From: Octopus sinensis
Lineage: Eukaryota
DNA: 64,000 nt
NCBI RefSeq assembly: GCF_006345805.1
Contig: NC_043005.1
Coordinates: 72,540,001-72,604,000 of the forward strand
Direction: 5' to 3'
The notes beneath the pieces are model-generated. The model worked only from the letters and a program-made list of their open reading frames with translations, was not told where the DNA came from and ran no database searches. Both the position numbers and the translations under genes were made by a program. Each line of letters begins with the position of its first letter. Position 1 is the first letter of the stretch. Shown one piece after another: positions 12,283 to 25,713 of this stretch.

Positions 12283-12892
12283 AATTGGTGCAAACAGGGC
12301 TGTATGGTTTAGAAGCTCACTTTTAACACAATGCTTTTGGATCGAATCCCACTGAACAGTAATTTGGGCTGATCAGTTTCTTGTGCGTGTCTTTGTGTTT
12401 GACTTTGTCCCTTCTCACCACTTGGCAACCATTGTTGGCTTGTTGACATCACTGTAACTTAGCAGTCTAGTAAAGGAAACTGATAAAATAGAATTTATAC
12501 CAGATTTAAAAAAATAAATGCTGGGGTTGATTTGCATGACTAAAACCTTTTAAAGCAGGCCCCAGCTTGGCTACAGTCCAGTGACTGAAATAAATAAATG
12601 ATAAAAACAAATGATAAGAGATAATATGTTTGGAAAAGTTGTCACAAAATTGTAATGGAAGATTCTCAGTTAAATATGAATCCTTTCAGATTGACATTTT
12701 GGCATAATAGGACTAGAGGTGATTTTATGTGGGTGGGCACAAGAGGATTAAGTAATGTTATTGGATTAAATATTTTATATTTTCTCTGTAATGACTGCTA
12801 ATCTCCTCTTAGTTTACTCTAACTTCAATTAGTTCTGAAAATGATATGATAATAGAAGCATATACTAATAATAGAATATATACTAGTAGGCT

Positions 12893-13050
12893 CAGGAGTG
12901 GCTGTGTGGTAAGTAGCTAGCTTACAACCACATGGTTCTGGGTTCAGTCCCACTGCATGGTACCCTGGGCAAGTGTATTCTACTATAGCCTCGGGCTGAC
13001 CAAAGCATTGTGAGTGGATTTGGTAGACAGAAACTGAAAGTAGCCTTATA
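12893..13050 (+). mobile_element. SINE family C head (truncated at its internal TA run)
   Basis: caggagtggctgtgtggtaagtagct...ctgggcaagtg..gaaactgaaag. Confidence 0.8.
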
Positions 13051-13064
13051 TATATATATATATA

Positions 13065-13115
<51 letters not shown>

Positions 13116-13184
13116 GTAACTGTAATATGTGACAATTTTTCGGTAGCCATGATAAAACTCCAAGTTGTCATACCATTTTTATCA

Positions 13185-13222
<38 letters not shown>

Positions 13223-14142
13223 ATGTGGCTGTGTGGTTAGGGTGTTGCATTCATGATTGCAAGTTTAGGTTTCAATACCTGGAGTGGGCAATGTTTGTGT
13301 TTTTAAGCAAAACGCTTCATATCAGGTTGCTCCAGTCCAGTCCTCTCGGACTGATGTGCCATCAAGTAGGAAAATATATGTGCCACAGAATCTGGGAAAC
13401 TTGCCTTACGCACCTATGGATTGGGAAGGACCTTTGATCCTTTTGATACATTACACTGAACATACTTTATCTATCCTTATGATAAATCCATACGAAAATA
13501 TACACACATGTACTCACTTCATCGCCAGGACTAAACAAAGGAGTTGTTTGAAATAAACTCATAATTATATTTATATTCACTTATACATAACATAAAGCAA
13601 ACCACAATATGGTAAACAAAGCTGAAAATGTCATAAGTTTAGAGCAAGTAAAAAAACACAGTCTGTCAAAGTAGATTCTTTATATCACAGTTGTCTACAA
13701 TTTCAGTTATAAATTTTAAATCAATTATATCCAATTTAAATTTTATATTCAAGCTGTAGAGACTTTGATGTGAAGAATCTGTTCATTGAGATGTTTTTTA
13801 CTGAAATTTATGATATTTCATCTTTGTTTACAACACTTTGTATTTTTCTTTACCAATCACGTGTATATCTTTTATCTTTTATTTATTTCAGTCACTGACT
13901 TGTGGCAATACTGGGGGGTCCCTTTTTAAGGGTTTAGTCAAACAAATCAGTACTTATTTATTAAGTCTGGTACTTATTCTGTCGATCCTTTTTTTTTTTT
14001 ATCAATCTTCTACATTACATAGATATAAACAAACTAAAACCCTTTTTCAATGGTAGAGGGAAGACAAATTCACAGACACATACATATACATACATACATA
14101 CATACATACATACATACATACATACATACATACATACATACA

Positions 14143-14400
14143 TACAAGTTCAGGTTTATACCTGTAACTATAGGAGCCCTGGCATATGTAACACATTGCC
14201 TAAATACCAATCTTGAGGAATTAGGCTTCTCAAAACCAGAAAGGAGAAAGCTAATTCAAAGACTAGCGATTCAATCCATCACTGGAACTGTAAAAATCTG
14301 TAAAACTTTCCAGAAGTTTATCATTTAAATATATATGAGTATGTCTAGATATGCGACTATATGCATGAGAATACACACATAAAGCAAAACATACAAATCT
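14143..14400 (+). mobile_element. RLE-type non-LTR retrotransposon extreme 3' end
   Basis: YKFRFIPVTIGALAYVTHCLNTNLEELGFSKPERRKLIQRLAIQSITGTVKICKTFQKFII* (stop at 14328). This parallels the IPIVIGALG...LGT.RI C-terminus of R4-like ORFs. Confidence 0.7.
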
Positions 14401-14488
14401 GCATATATACAAACATACATACATACATTCATACATACATACGTATATTTATATATATACATACATACATACATACATACACACACAC

Positions 14489-14524
<36 letters not shown>

Positions 14525-14703
14525 GCAAAAATGCCCTGTTGCTGATGTTGAAATTCCAATGGAGAAGCCTTGGATCTAGGTTGGAAACCAGTTCTTTCTC
14601 TATTGGCAAGAAATTTTGAAATAAACTGAATAATGACATACATACATAAATATATATATATAAATACATATGTATATATGTATATATATATATATACATA
14701 TAT

Positions 14704-14740
<37 letters not shown>

Positions 14741-15241
14741 ACTGGCTTCCACTGAGTTTATTCACAATACATTGATTGACTTGGGTCTATAGTTGAAGAC
14801 ATTTGCCCAAGTGGATGCCAAGTAGAAGACCAAAGTGAGATTGAACCCAAAACGGCATTGTTGCAAAGCAAACTTCGTAACTGCAGAGCCAAGCCTACAC
14901 TTATAATATACAAACAGGCTTATTTCAAACAGCTACTTCCCTTCCAGACCAAACTTATGATGTGAGATACATGATGTGTATATTTTTACAAGAATTTATC
15001 TGAGAGAAACATAGTTTTGTTGAGCTTAAAAACTGAAGAACGTATGCTTTGATTTATTTTCAGCTCATTGTGTTTAGTGTATATTTCATCATCACCATCA
15101 TTAGTATCATCATCATTTAATGTCCACCTTCCCTGCTAGCATGGGTTAGATGGTTTAATGGAGCAGGAGACCTGTGCCAGTCTCCAGTTGTCTGTTTGGC
15201 CTAGTTTCTATAGTTGGATATTCTTCCTAATGCCAAACACT

Positions 15242-15469
15242 TTAACTCTTTTGTTACTGTATTTATTTTGAGATGCTCTGTGCTTCTTTCAATTACTTTA
15301 AATCTAACAAAGAATTTAATAAAATAACTTAGTTATCATAAAGCTAGTGTTAGGACCATAAATTGTGACTAAGGTTAAGTGGAAGATTTTAATTCAAAAC
15401 TTATGAAAACAAGACATTTGTACTCAGAGCCAGAGCTAGTTTCAGCCCGGTTGGTAACGAAAGGGTTAA
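15242..15469. mobile_element. piggyBac-type MITE
   Basis: TTAA|CTCTTTTGTTAC ... GTAACGAAAGGG|TTAA: imperfect 12-bp TIR with TTAA on both sides. Confidence 0.7.
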
Positions 15470-16241
15470 ACAGTATACTGGGTACTTTTAATGTGGAAGC
15501 GGCACCAATGCTTTATATGTGGCACATGCATGGGTGCATTTTACATGGAACCAGCATGTTATATTTATCACTGCCCTAGACTTATCTAGATCTATTGAGC
15601 CTATTTTGCTGACTTTGCATGGAAATTCATTCTCAGTGTAATTGAGAAATATTTAAAGTTGAATTATAAAGCAGTTTCTTTTATCAGAGAAAGTCTCTCA
15701 ATATATTTCAATTTACTTATTTTTCTTTAAATTCATCAATTGATAAAAATGACAATTATTGATTGCTTCTGTTCAAATTGTCACAAAGGCAAAAGTGAAT
15801 AAGGAATAAATATACTCAAATGAATAAAACGTAGTTTATGAATAAGTTGTGTTTTATGGGCCTTAGGGAGAAAAAGGCAAAGTTCGCTCTACTGAGATTT
15901 GAACTCAGAATTCCTAAATATTGACTGATTGAGTAAAAATAACTCTAATATAATAGAGCTCCAAAAATATATTTTTCTGTGTGTATCTTCATACATAAGA
16001 GATTATATTCTGCACATAAGAGATTATATTCTGTGTGTGTGTGTGTGTGTGTGTTGGAGATGAAGGGAGTCATAATACATTCAACATTCTTAATATGTAA
16101 AATCTTGAAAGTTAAATTTTAGGTTTGAATTTTAATACACCTGACAAAACCTTTTTTGTTTCACGATGTTATTGATTTGTATATGAATAAAAAATGTGTC
16201 TGAAACAGCTGTAGCGAACCTCAGCCCATTTATGTCATCAT

Positions 16242-16242
16242 G

Positions 16243-16288
<46 letters not shown>

Positions 16289-16302
16289 TATTATTATTAT
16301 TA

Positions 16303-16388
<86 letters not shown>

Positions 16389-16396
16389 ATAGTAGT
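16242..16396. repeat. (ATT)n-(AGT)n compound microsatellite
   Basis: Read directly. Confidence 0.95.
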
Positions 16397-16829
16397 ATAT
16401 AATCATGTTGCTGCTTAGCAGAGTGATACTAATTAGTTGTTAGAACTCAGTATATTCGTACTTCAGTATAAAGCAGCAGGAAAGTACAGAGCATAATATC
16501 AATTAATGAATGACAAAAGAACAGGAGTTAAGTAATCATCATCATCATCATCATCACATAACTCATGTTCTTTTTTCATTCATTGATATAAAATGTGTGT
16601 GTGTTTGTGTGTACCCTTGTCGTGAAATCATGTTAGGATTGTAAACAAGCATCCCGATCAAACAAGCAATGTTTGTTTCCAGTCTTCCATGAAAACCGTT
16701 TTCATAGAAGGTAACAGGAAGGGCATCCCAGCCATGGACAATCTGCCTCAACAAATTCTCTTTGGACTCATGCAAACATGGAAAAGTGGATAGTAAATGA
16801 CAATGCTGCTGCTGATGATGATGATATCA

Positions 16830-17203
16830 CTTTTTTTTTTCATTTTCATTTCATCTAGTTTCAGCTCACGAGCTGTGGCCATGCTGGGGCACTGTCATTC
16901 AGTGTTGCTACATGATTTTACTTCACGAATGCTTTTTAGCAATTGACATTTGGTGCATGAGAGAGTTTGATGCAGCTGCCCTCATCTGCACCTCCTGCCG
17001 TGAAGTTGGTTCATCTGGGACACCTGACAGGAAGAGGTCCAGCTTTATTTTTGAAGACATCTGCATCCACCTCATGCAGGTCTCTCAGGTCCTTCAGGAG
17101 AATATTGAAGAGCTGTGGGCCTCTGAAGCCCAGGCTATTGGAGTATCTTGTCCTACATCTTGATGGCAAATTTGGAGTCCTTGGCACTATGCAGGGGCGC
17201 CCA
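16830..17203 (-). mobile_element. CR1/L2-like LINE 3' end (ORF2 C-terminus and 3' UTR)
   Basis: GRPCIVPRTPNLPSRCRTRYSNSLGFRGPQLFNILLKDLRDLHEVDADVFK.KLDLFLSGVPDEPTSRQEVQMRAAASNSLMHQM, then a 3' UTR with hairpin and (TGAAA)n tail. Confidence 0.75.
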
Positions 17204-17678
17204 GTTCTAGTATTTATTTATCTAATTGGTTTCCTATTCCCAAATTAAAGCTCATTAAAATTCATTGAAGCTAACAATATTGTTCTGAAAATCTGACACT
17301 ATTTCTATTGAAGAATACTGAATCACAGTTATTAAGACAAACACCTTATTTAAAGATGGATTTCATCTGCTCTTGTTACAACAACACTGTAAAGTATTGT
17401 ATTCTGTTCAAAATATCAATGCCTTGTGAAGATTGAAATAAAGCTAGCCAATTTCTGTAGACACGAATGCTTGTGGTGTGGACACAGAAGTGTAGAATAA
17501 TGCTGTATCATTTTATCCTTGTACATAAAGGTATAAATGTATAAACACATCTAAACATAATTACACACTTCAAAAAGCCCCACAGATATTTATGTGCGTC
17601 TATCTCACTTGCTTTCTCTATTAGTGTTATATATATGCATATATATACATACATATACATACATATACATATATATAT

Positions 17679-17743
<65 letters not shown>

Positions 17744-18834
17744 TTTGTGTATGTGTATTTCAAAGAGATGAAGAGATAAATACCAAAATAGCTAGTTTGG
17801 TATATTTATGTATATGTATGTATCTATCTATCTAACAATATATATATATATATATATATACACATATGCACACAAATAGGTACTTATATATATATGTGTG
17901 TGTGTATATATATATATATATATACATATATATTGATAAAACATAGCCAGCTTACAGATGGTGAGATCTCCTTGAAGCTATCAATTACAAATAATTACTT
18001 TCTATTGAAAGTAAACTATAAACCCCAACACTTGCCTCATTAATTTAAACTAAACTCGCAATGCCGCAATCTTTAATTATTCTAATTAATATTTTAGATA
18101 ACTTTCCATTGTGAAGTAGAAATTTCAGTTTACATGTTCAAAAGCTAGGTATCAAAAGATTTCTGCTTATGTGATTGTAATCGGGAGGTTTCTTAAGTTT
18201 TGTCCTTAATTTTGTTCTCTTCCTAATTATTTTCATTACTTTTAAAATTTATTTGGAAGTTACAAAATTTGTTTTGTTTTTTAGTCGAATAATGTATTAT
18301 AAATACAGTCGAATAAATCGAAATTTTACTCGAAACTTATTGCAGCAGTTATAATAGGTGGACAGAGATATGATGAAGAAGAGGTTGTAATTTGGAAACT
18401 TAGAAGTTTGGATAAAAAGAAAGAACGGTTTCTTAATTGACATCTCTAGACTAAACTGCAGTAAAGGATTATATAATTGAAGATCTCTAGGCAGCAACAT
18501 TAAGGCTAGGAAAACAAAAACAAAAACAAAAAAAAATGCTGTAAAAACATTAGGTATTATTAGAATTATTTCCAAAGGTATGGTGATAAAAACTTCTCTA
18601 ATTAGATTTTCATTAACCCAATGATTTTTAACGTCACTGTTGAAATGTTTTTGGTTTTGATTGATTTTTTTTTTGTTTTGCTTTTATTTATTCATTTATT
18701 TATTATCATTTATTTATTTAGTTTTTAATGAATTTATATAACATTTCCCCTTCTTATGGGAAGTTTGTTATTATCTTCAATACTTTTATAACTGAGCTAC
18801 TGCCACTACTACTACTTGTACTACTGCTTCACCC

Positions 18835-19172
18835 TGATGATCAACATCATCATCACCACCGTCATCATCATTGTCATCACCATCACTATCATCATCATCA
18901 TCATCATCATCATCACCATCACTATAATCATCATCATCTTCATCATCATCACCATCACTATAATCATCATCATTATGATCACATCTTCATCATCATCATC
19001 ATCATTATTATAATCATCTTCATCATCATCATCACCATCACTATAATCACCATCATCATCATCACCATCACAATAATCATCATCATCACCATCACAATAA
19101 TCATCATCATCACCATCACTATAATAATCATCATCACCATCATCATCTTTATCATCATCATCACGATCATTG
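18835..19172. repeat. (CAT/CAC/AAT)n microsatellite
   Basis: Read directly. Source of the poly-H/I/M ORFs. Confidence 0.95.
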
Positions 19173-19453
19173 TTTTCTGCTTTAATCTTTATTCAGTTTT
19201 TTTTTTCTTTTTCCCTTGAGTTCTTGCCATGAAAGATGAAAATACTACAAAGATTGGAAAGAATGTTTCACCTAGAATTAAACAATCACTAGTCAGTACA
19301 GTGTCACATAGGAAATAAAATTAACGAGCACTTCATTAAAGTGTATTACTAGATTTAGCACCTCCATTTGTATGACTTAGAAAAAGATAAAGATTCAAAC
19401 TCACCTGATTTACCTAACATGTGTTACAAATCAATAAATTTATGTCTTCAGTG

Positions 19454-19487
<34 letters not shown>

Positions 19488-19504
19488 ATGTATGTGTGTG
19501 TGTG

Positions 19505-19705
19505 TGTATGTATTTTGTTTTTGTATTTGGTTTTCAAGATTCTTTGTGTGAATTTGTGTGTTGAAGCATATTTTATTGTGTCTGGGGAGAGTCATTCTGT
19601 TTTAATGCCTTATTAATTGACATACTCACAGTTCGATTTCTTCTCATTTACTTATTATTTTTTCTAAAATGTCCGTTGCTTCGTGCAACCTCTTCAGTAG
19701 TCGTT
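19505..19705 (-). repeat. Repeat module homologous to the arms of the 26755-27240 fold-back, ending in a hammerhead-like motif
   Basis: catttggtttgaaagattctt / tatttggttttcaagattctt ... gggagagtcatt / gggaaggtcatt shared. Minus strand reads CTGAAGA-G-GTTGC-acgaa-GCAAC at 19671-19697. Confidence 0.6.
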
Positions 19706-19865
19706 CACTCTGTTATCGGAGCTGCGTTCTTTATGCTTGTTTGTTTGTGCACTTGTGTGGGCATCAGCTTGCATGTGTATGCACATATGTGTGTGAGTGT
19801 GTATGTATGCATGTGTGTACTCATATAGATATATGTGTGTATACGTTTGTATGTATTCAGTTCTA

Positions 19866-19913
19866 GGTAAATTCCACCATGGTATATTCCACCATGGTAA
19901 ATTCCACCCATGG
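19866..19913. repeat. Three tandem copies of 15-bp GGTAWATTCCACCAT
   Basis: Read directly. May be a subterminal repeat of the nearby MULE remnant (inference). Confidence 0.8.
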
Positions 19914-20339
19914 ACAGACTTCTGATATAAGCTGCTTCTGCTAATAATCACTGTGGTCAGTTTCTCTAGACTGTGGGTCAGTACCTATGTCATTTAATCT
20001 ATCTGTCTCTTAGGTCTTAAGAAGAGAGAGAGAGAGGGTCTGAAGGTGAGTTAGAAAATAATCTTTATAATCTATTTGAACTGAGATGGGATCACTTTGA
20101 TGTGCTCCCATCAAGTATGAATCTCTATGAAAAAGACTCATCACAAAATTTCAGAAATAATATAATTTGGGATAAAGAAAGAAAAGATTAAATTTCAGGC
20201 CACATTTTATTATAACAATAGGATTAAAAATAACAGCAAGTACATTGTGAAGCAGAGTTAGGATAAGAAAGTTTAAATTATTTTAAAAATTTATTTTAAA
20301 ATTTCTTAAAACAAATTGTGTGCAGCACTTCTTAAAAAT

Positions 20340-20800
20340 TGCAGAGGGTTTTCATTTTGATATTCCTGAACTAGCTTCTTCAACCATGCATCAATAATTT
20401 GATAGGTCTTTTATCATAGTTGTTGAGTCTCCATGTCGATTGTGTGCTATTTTTCTCTGGCTTAATCTTTCCTTGTCTTTGAGGGCAGTCCATAGTTTCC
20501 ACAAATTTGGATGTGTGGATATTAGAGATGAGTGAAAAGCATTGTGGAACCATTCTAAAGAATTATTTGATCTTGGCAAGTCCTTTAAGACGTGATCATG
20601 TACATTCCAGAGTTGTATAGGAAAATGTGGGATTTCTCTTCACCAACGAGGACTGTGCCCCCGTACAATCCCTATGTATGTAATCTCAAAATAGGTGATA
20701 ATCTCAGAAGGGATGCCTTCATCGCCAGACAAATCTTCAAATACATTGACGTCTTCAACATATTTTTTGTATTCGTTGACATTATTGATATTACTTTTTA
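20340..20800 (-). mobile_element. Mutator-like (MULE) transposase C-terminal remnant
   Basis: GIPSEIITYFEITYIGIVRG...FPIQLWNVHDHVLKDLPRSNNSLEWFHNAFHSSLISTHPNLWKLWTALK, matching the animal MULE YFExTYIG...LWN...PRTNNxxEGWHN motif. Confidence 0.85.
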
Positions 20801-20814
20801 TGCATTCTTTTTTA

Positions 20815-21300
20815 TTTCCATATCATAACCCACTGAGAAGAAATCATCATTATGCCAAGTTCATTGTGCAAAATATTCTCAACTTACAGGATATTCTAAT
20901 AGCACTGGCTACTTGATTTGTTGTCAATCACCTGTCATCTATCAGCATGTGATGAACACAATCAAAGTTTTTCTTTGGTGGGAGTAGATGCAGGACATTC
21001 AGACCTTGGGTCATTTTCCTCCTAAATTTAGATGCTCACTTTTGCACTGTTGATAAAGCTGGAGCATCATCTCCTAATGTAGCAACCATGTCAGCATGAA
21101 TGTCCTTGGAGATTGAACCCTTCTTCTACAGGTACTTGATAACACCACGATGCCAATTAGTAATTAGTAGTGACTTCAAGAGAAGTCACTACTAATTACT
21201 TTTGAAGTCATTTTTGAACAATCAGATCTCAGTTTGCCCAGAAAGAAACAATGCAATCATAAATAAGATTTCACATTTCTAGCATCACTCCTTCATAGTC
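20815..21300 (-). mobile_element. mariner transposase 5' remnant (HTH region)
   Basis: WHRGVIKYL*KKG..KDIHADMVATLGDDAPALSTVQK*...DPRS...VHHML.DDR.LT..VENILHNELG, typical of the mariner N-terminus. Many disruptions. Confidence 0.8.
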
Positions 21301-21336
21301 AGACTATGAACCTTTCAGCTCTTCCTCATAGAGTCA

Positions 21337-21571
21337 GTACCTATTTCTTTACTACCCACAGGGGGCTAAACACAGAGGGGACAAACAAGGACAGACAAAC
21401 GGATTAAGTCGATTATATTGACCCCAGTGCATAACTGGTACTTAATTTATCGACCCCGAAAGGATGAAAGGCTAAGTCGATCTCAGCAGAATTTGAACTC
21501 ACAACATAACAGCAGCCGAAATACCACTAAGCATTTCGCCAAGCGTGCTAACGTTTCTGTCAGCTTGCCAC
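21337..21571 (-). mobile_element. SINE family B monomer with 16-bp TSD
   Basis: TSD cttcctcatagagtca at 21321-21336 and 21572-21587. Body carries ttctgagttcaaatt and cctttcggggtcgataaattaagtaccagt. Confidence 0.88.
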
Positions 21572-23084
21572 CTTCCTCATAGAGTCACTACCACCACCAC
21601 CACCACCACCACCACCACTACTACTACTATTACTACTACTACTAATTTTAGCTCTCTAGTTTTAGTTAAGTAACTACCAGTAATATTCTGAGATCAGTGC
21701 AATCAACTGCAAGCCCTTCCTCTCCCCATCTCTCTCTCTCTCTCTCTCTCTCCCTCTCTCTCTCTTCCATAAGAACAGGCTTTGGATTTAGCTATTGGAA
21801 ATCGTAAAGCACCAGACAAAACGTCTTAAAACATTTACTTTGTCACTCAAACACTGAAGTCAATTTTACCTCTTTATTTCTCTGGCCTATAAAATGAAAT
21901 GAAGAAATCTACTGACTTTGATGTAATCAGCTGTTTCTCTTCCCCAAAATTTGAGTTCTTTTGCCAGTGTCATTTTTTTATACCATTTTCTCACAAATTT
22001 GTGGTTTGGTACTAATGTAATATAAATCAAAAGCACTACTGCTAACACCACCACCACCACTACTACTACTGCTACTATCATTATACTGGCAATAAAATGT
22101 ATAAGTTTCCACGCTGTTTCATATAATAAAATTCTTATAGTATGATACTGTATGATATCATAGATATTGTTTTATCTCTTGTAGTATTACTGTAGGTCAT
22201 CTATGACATAAAAACCCTCTTTGATATCAATCCACCTCAGATTACCAAAAAAATATTTAGTTATTGTCATAATGTGTGTGCTTTCAGCTATAAACTCCCT
22301 TGTTATTGTCCTGGAAAGAGATCTACTAGTATCAATAAGTAGAAAAAAAATTACATTACGTCTCTTTTGTTTTGTTTGTATTTTGCACTAGATTAATCAT
22401 GAAAACCAACAATTATACACTACCAAATTAGATGTTGCAACATTGGAAATACATCAAAGTTGGCTCAGTTTATCAGAAGCTCGTAGTATTGTCTGTCAGT
22501 TGTCTACCTAGTGATGGGTGCTTAGTCATGTGTTTGAAATATAAACACAATAGACGAAAATACATAAAGAACAAATGCTGTGAACATTTCCCTGGCTCTG
22601 GCATCACGTCCTCACCATCGCAAACTTCTTTGCAGCTAATCTCACTCACCCAAATGTAATTCATTGTAGTACTTTAACTTCCCAATACATGGCATAAAAC
22701 CACTGGCACCCCTGCCTTAAATACTTTCCTCTCTGCTTAGTCTAGGGGTCTTTTTCTTTCTTCAAGTTACTTGGTGATCTCAATAGTGTCAGTGGCATGA
22801 AGAAAGCTTTCAGAACACACTATAAAATAGTTGCTGTTAGGAATGGCAACTATCTGTAGCAATATTAAAGCTGATATTGAAGTTTGATATGGTCCTGGAT
22901 CTTGCTGGTTCTAGTCAAACCATCCAGCCTTTTGCCCAGTCTGGAAAACAGGCATTAAATGATCAATGATAATATTTTTACAATTGATAGTCAGACATAA
23001 CTGCACTTTCTGTTATTGATTTGTCGTTCAAAGTTTAGCTTGCCCAAGGTTGATCCTGAAAATCTGAATTAGTATATCATTATT

Positions 23085-23410
23085 TAACATCTGCTTTCCA
23101 TGCTAGCATGGGTTGGACGATTTTGACTGAGGGCTGGCGAACCAGATGGCTGCACCAGGCTCCAATCTTGATCTGGCAGAGTTTCTACATCTGGATGCCC
23201 TTCCTAATGCCAACCACTCCAAGAGTGTAGTGGGTACTTTTTACATGCCACCAGCACGGGGGCCAGTCAGGCGCTACTGGCAATGACCTTGCTTGAATCT
23301 TTTTACACATGCCACTGGCACAGGTGCCAGTAAGGCAACGTTGGTAACAATCACGCTCGAATGGTGCCCTTTTATGTGCCACGGCACAGGGGCCTGTCAG
23401 GCAGTACTGT
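23085..23410 (-). mobile_element. SINE family A
   Basis: tttaacatctgctttccatgctagcatgggttggacg...ttttacatgccacc repeats. Confidence 0.85.
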
Positions 23411-25551
23411 ATCATGTATTTGTGTAAAATAGAGCAACAACATATTAGTTAAGGGTGCTGAAGGGCTGTAAGTTCACTCCCAGCTTAAGACAATGTATAA
23501 CCAACCTCTAAAGTTGATCAAAGAATTTGGAGATGAGAATACAAGTTTGCATTAAAAACGTACAATAGATCAGGTAAAATAGTCTAATCAAACTTTACAG
23601 CACTAGTTATTTATGTCCTTGATGTTATTCTTACTGTAGAATATTAGCATAGCCATTAATTATGGAACCATCTTCTGGTACTGTTGGCATGGTGATGTGA
23701 ATGAGGTTGATGCTGACAATGAATTCTGGTTAAATCCGAGGATTTGATAGCAATTTTCATTTAAAGTATGACAAAATCTTTTGTGTCCTTATCGTTAGAC
23801 AAATCAAATAATCACTCTCATGTGACCTTTCTTTAAACAGGAATTGTCCTGGAAGATTTCTTTATGACATATTTTCTTTAGCTTCGAAATAGATTTTTTT
23901 TTTTTTTATTTAAATATAAAAATAACATCTAAATCAATGCTATTCGTTGTATATTTTGTGTTTGGGAGAATAAATAAACTGAGAGAAATTACTTATTTAT
24001 GTTGTTTTCTGTCTGAGATTGACAAGATATTTGTTCTCTATTTGGCAATAAACTGGAAACAATATGGAAGTTTGATGAGTGTGATAAAGCTGAGGTAATC
24101 TTCAATTCATCTTAGTTTGCTGTTCAGTTCAATTCCCAGTTGAAACTATTTAACTATACTTTCACTAAAAATACCTTTCAGAAAGGCATAAATGATATAA
24201 TTTCCCATTTGCCAATCTCTATAAATCTATAGCTTTGTATCTTTACTTCTAAAACAATATATCATTATGTAACTTTACCATCTCAGGATTCTTTCTTATA
24301 TTAATGTAGAAATTGACATAACCACGTTTTATCTCTATTCTTTTACATCACAAATCTGGACAAATCACAAGTCAGTTGCTTATTCTGTATGATGGGTGTA
24401 ACTTACTAAGATTTATCTAAAAACTTTCAGAAGTAAAAAGGAATTACTTGTTCATTTATAGATTTAAGTCTATTCTGGTTCTATAACCAAACCATATTTT
24501 TCTCACTCTTCTAAGTGCTACAAATCCTACTTTAAATACCATGATTGTTTTTGTTTGGTATAAATTTAAAGTGGCAGCAATATTGAAGGAATACAGCGTT
24601 ACATATTAAGATAATCTTTCTTACTTGATATTTTCTTCTCTGTTTTTTTTTCTATAATTCTTCTAATTTCACACTCATTTTGCATCGTATATTTCTAATA
24701 TTTTCTCCATACCTTAGAAATCTCACCATAAACTGATTTCCCTTTAACTTTTAATCACCTCTTAATCTTATAATGCACTCTCATCCTTGCATTACAATCT
24801 CTTTTAGGTTCTTCTTGGTAACAGAAACTGTCTGCTACTTATACAAAGTAGCTCACCTTCTTTACATAAAGGTTATTCAGTTTGGTAAAATGATCTACAT
24901 ACTTAAAATATAACTAAATCAGTTACGCTATCGAATTAATAATTTTTTTTTCTTTTTAGCTTCTTTTCTTTCATAAAAGCTGGTCATTATCGAAACAATT
25001 AATCCATGGATATTTTTCACAAAAAAAAAAAAAAAACTATACAGGAATCCCCTATGATATAACAGCAATGTGTCCCTGAAAATCTTGCCAATACTCAAAA
25101 TCCTATAGCACAAAATGAATTTTTCAATTGATTTTCATGTTATAAAATGTTATAAAAATATTGTAATGGATATTTAGAAAAAAAAAAATTAAAAAACATT
25201 TACTGACCACTCTATGATGAAAATAACAATTTCTAAATTTACACTATGATATATGTACATAAAAAAATTTGAAGTGAATCATGTTACAGAATAAATAAGA
25301 ATTGTAATATGACAAAATGCATAAAGCAAGGCTATTCATTTCTAATCTTCTGTGAAAAATATTACCTTGCTTGGAAATAGGTGAGAATTAGTGACAAGAC
25401 GAGTATCTATTTTTAAAATCATGCCTCAAATACCTTCCCATGTACACTGATGCCGGCATGGAAAAAATGGATGTTAGTTGAAGAAAGGAATATATGTTTA
25501 CGTATATATATTTGTTTGTGTGTTCATGTGTTCGTATGTGTGTGTGTATGT

Positions 25552-25713
25552 AAAAGCACCCAGTTCACTCTCGGAGTGGTTGGTATTAGGAAGGGCATCT
25601 AGCTATAGAAACTCTACCAGATCAGATTGGAGCCTAGTGCAGCCATCTGATTCGCCAGTCCTCAGTCAAACCGTCCAACCCATGCCAGCATGGAAAGCGG
25701 ACGTTAAACGATG
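25552..25713 (+). mobile_element. SINE family A, 3' part
   Basis: aaaagcacccagttcactctcggagtgg...ggacgttaaacgatgat. Confidence 0.85.

Noticed and set aside
12893-12965. tRNA gene
   Set aside because: The tRNA-like A/B-box head continues into SINE family C body sequence and no full cloverleaf is evident. The same applies to the other SINE heads.
18309-18440. Short + strand frame SNKSKFYSKLIAAVIIGGQRYDEEEVVIWKLRSL...*
   Set aside because: Phase 0 is incompatible with the flanking exons, it ends in a stop and has no recognisable motif.
21175-21183. TTCAAGAGA shRNA-vector loop suggesting synthetic contamination
   Set aside because: The stem derives from the surrounding mariner 5' UTR, there is no promoter or vector sequence, and the register is off by one base from the vector design.
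24050-24900. Possible old LINE endonuclease remnant on the minus strand
   Set aside because: Coding-like composition only. I could not read any diagnostic motif.
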